A DNA stretch of 36,692 bases from Selaginella moellendorffii (lineage: Eukaryota; Plantae; Lycopodiophyta): NCBI RefSeq assembly GCF_000143415.4, contig NW_003314436.1, forward strand, positions 123,402-160,093, given 5' to 3'. Position numbers and translations under genes: made by a program. The notes beneath the pieces are model-generated. The model ran no database searches, was not told the DNA's origin, and saw only the letters and a list, made by a program, of their open reading frames with translations. The stretch's first letter is position 1; each line of letters opens with the position of its first letter. This document shows positions 33,631 through 36,692 of the stretch, piece after piece.

Positions 33631-36405
33631 AATCCCACACCTCACCTTGCCATTGATGCACCACCTCTAGGATCTCCTCCAAGGGAGATAGCGAGTTTGG
33701 AGAGGCTGCTAGTCCACCAAGAATCGCTACTTCATGTGGCTAGCTCAACAAGAACGACTCCCCTCTCTTGTAACAATACACCTCTCGAACACAACATGCA
33801 AGATAAGAGACACAATGACATATACTATGGGAATGCTCGGCAGCACAGGATGTCTAGGAGGGAGCCATGGCAATCCTCAAACAAACCTCATAAGGAGGCA
33901 TGGCCATCATCTATGAATCTGTAATTTGGGGCGGCTTCCTCCAAAGGAAGACCAAACACCCGGATGCCTGGAAATAAAAACACAACAAAGACCCCCATTT
34001 TGACCAACTCAACTGAATGCACACTCACCTCACATAGGATTTCTCCTAGCATTGGGAAAGTGATAAGCACTAGATGAACGATGGATGTTAAAGTTGTGAA
34101 AGAAATTCCACAACTTAGGCCACAAAGTCTGACACTCGATATGCCTACAAATACCACAAAACCATTGACTGTAGACACAACCAATAAGGTGAGTTTAAGC
34201 CAAGAAGATCACGGCTAAGAAACTGACCAGGATGAAGAGGACGAGGCTACAAAAGAGGGTCTAGATAAACTGGAGGAGTATAGGCTTAGTCTTTTCCAAT
34301 CCACCTACACATTTGACAATGACACACCTTCAGTCAATTAGTCTAATAAGATGAGATAGCCATAGCAGCAGCAGATGCCACAGCAACACTACAAAGTCAA
34401 GGCTAGCCATGCCTTCGCTTACAAGATTGTGAATTAGCCAAGTGAGCCAGCAGTCTAAAGCTTTTTGGAGGAGCTCTCTCAACACATCTAGGCAAGCAAG
34501 TAGCCAATCAACAAGCCAATGCAACTAGTAGAAGATGAGCAAACTACAAAGTATTGCATATAGTACATTTACCTTTTCATCACTCTCCCACAATAAATCT
34601 ACTATTTGTCCTCAAGCAGTCGGATTCTCCAAATCCTACTCTAGGTTGTTAAGTTTGGTCTTCATACTGATAAGCTTAACGCTTTGGTGAAGTTCCTAAC
34701 GCATGATCTAATTTTCCTAGTCAAGTATTGTGATACACTAGTCCTGACAGTTGATTCGCTCTACATTGGTAGATGTGAAAGTTGGGATTCCACTCTTGAG
34801 TTTTTGGATTATATGGCACTAATGACTCTACTTGCCCATGACTCTATCCACTTTCTTAGTGATTGTTTTGAGGTAGCTCAAGACCTTTTATCTTGTGTAT
34901 CGTCCCAGGTAGAGCAAAAGAAGAAAATTTAGGCAACATGGACTTACGCCTAAGTTTAGGCATCCAAAGAAGAAAGACCCAACATAAGCAACGCTTATTA
35001 TAGACAAGCATTAAGTAGTTAGGAATGATTATAAAATCATGTACTATAGTTAGACATGCTGGAAAACAACCCCCATTTATTATTGTATGCATTTGCATTG
35101 AATTAACCATTTTTCTTCCACTTGTGACTATTTGTGTAATGTAGAGTTGAGAGAGTGATATGTGTTTATCTTTATTCACGTCTTTGGGGTTTAAGACTAA
35201 GTTCTCTTCTATTCTTCTTCTCTTCTCTACTTTTTTATCTCTATTTGTTTGTCACTATTTTGTAGGCATAGGCAAGAATGTAAGTATAGGCAAAAGAAAC
35301 CTTACTCAAGTAGTATTGAGTTGGATGACCCCCCAAGAAATCTAAATTCAAAAGTTTATATTTGGTATTAGAAAGGCTTTCGAGTCTAACTCTATTAATT
35401 GGCTAAGCAAATCACACTATATATTGAGTTGACATCTAGCAATCTAATTTGCTCTAGTTGAGCTAGACTTGAAAGGTAGGGTGTCAAGAGAGAGATGTGG
35501 TAGAGCTATGTCTCTAATCTTCCATTTATAAGGATGTGAACTTACAAAGAAGTTGAGTTAATATTTAATAATCTAGTTTGCTCCAATTGGGCTAAATTTG
35601 AAGGGTAAGGTGTCAAGAGAATAAGGTAGGAGAGTTGTTGCTCTTAGCTTTCGTTCATGAGGGCCTAAACTTGTAGAGAAACATAGTGAATTTTAAGCAA
35701 GCAATCAAAGAGAAATATGATTTATAGTGGTTTAAATATAGAAGAAAATGGTTTATTTTCTAATTAGTTAAATGTTTTAGGATATTTAGAGTTAAACATC
35801 CTTGAGTTTGAGTAATATTGGATGGATGACCTCCTGGAAAGTCTAAATTCAAAAACTTACACCTCCTCTCAAAACTCTTTATTGCTATCAAAGGAGTTTC
35901 TTGTAATGATTGACCAAGATGAACTAATATTGATGTTAATGTTAAAAAGATGCATGACAATGGGTAAAGAACTTTAGAAATTTTTTTCCATCATTGCTAC
36001 AATGCATGGGCATGTTGAAACACTTAAAACTAAAAATGGTTGGTGGATCAACTCAAGATTCCAACTTTTTTTATTGATAATGGCATGTCTAACTTGGCTA
36101 ATTAATGTGAAGAAGCTATTAGCTGTTAACAGAACTCTAGATACAAAGGCTTTAATGACTAGTTTGATAGCTTTATATTATATAGGTCTTTGATGGTGGA
36201 ATTAGTTTGAAGAATTTTGTATTGCAAAAAAAATGTTACTTTTCATTTATGTTTTGCATCTTACAAAGATGTGGAGAATGTTTATAAGGGAAAATAGCAC
36301 TTAAGTACCACTTGATTAGTTGTGTTTCAATAAAATATTTGAATCAAAATAAATTCTACTTCATTTATGCCTTTCATAATGAGAACATGATGCAACACTT
36401 ATACT

Positions 36406-36692
36406 ATGCTTTATTTCATTAAAGTGGAACTTATTCAGTAAAGTGGAACATTAATTAGCATGTGTCCACATGCCATTTCCTAGTACTTAATTAATATTTA
36501 TTAATATTTCTATCAGTTTTTTAATTTATTTTTTATATTTCACAATATTATAACACAAAATCATATGAAAAGTTTTTGATTTATAAATTATAAAGCTAAA
36601 ACTTCAATTTTTTATTGTTGTTATAAAAATGGCATGTGAGCCACACACCATAAGTGGGATAATGAAAAGTTCCACTTAACAAAATAAACATA
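36406..36692. mobile_element. Terminus of a second, diverged member of the 13-kb element family (runs off the window)
   Basis: ATGCTTTATTTCATTAAAGTGGAACTTATTCAGTAAAGTGGAAC aligns with the reverse-complemented right end AAGCTCTATTTCGTTAAAGTGGGATTTATTCAGTAAAATGGGAC; 22-bp palindrome variants at ~36455 and ~36629. Confidence 0.8.

Noticed and set aside
35300-35870. Possible LTR end with Met-tRNA PBS (TGGTATTAGA at 35363) and short direct repeats
   Set aside because: Too degenerate; no matching LTR pair or gag ORF could be confirmed.

Overview
Land-plant nuclear DNA (Arabidopsis-type telomere motif, GT-AG introns of ~47-56 nt; the protein families suggest a non-seed plant) made almost entirely of nested, partly decayed transposons. 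No host gene is recognisable. The centrepiece is a 13.19-kb DNA transposon (15975-29164) with perfect 24-bp TIRs and a 4-bp TSD (TCCA), inserted into a Ty3/gypsy RNase H domain. On + it encodes a Sola/DUF7869-like transposase with TNP1-like and BAH-like accessory domains. Divergently on - it encodes a multi-exon gene with a ParB-like domain, a degenerate methyltransferase-like segment and an FCP1/NIF-like HAD domain. About 25 copies of a 22-bp palindrome (ATGGCATG-N6-CATGCCAT) are spread through it, including its tiny introns and coding loops. I found full copies elsewhere only in a second family member starting at 36406. To the left, an unrelated MULE-SWIM transposase is paired divergently with a second ParB-like gene ending in a beta-class amino-(N4C/N6A) DNA methyltransferase, with its own hairpin array. 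Both regions also carry a homologous ~83-aa 'YYTPG' ORF. I infer a ParB/parS-like, methyltransferase-linked accessory module shared by different transposase superfamilies. The rest is a P-element-like transposase remnant, gypsy pol fragments, solo LTRs with hexamer repeats and a 100-N gap. All domain calls are by eye, not by database search.
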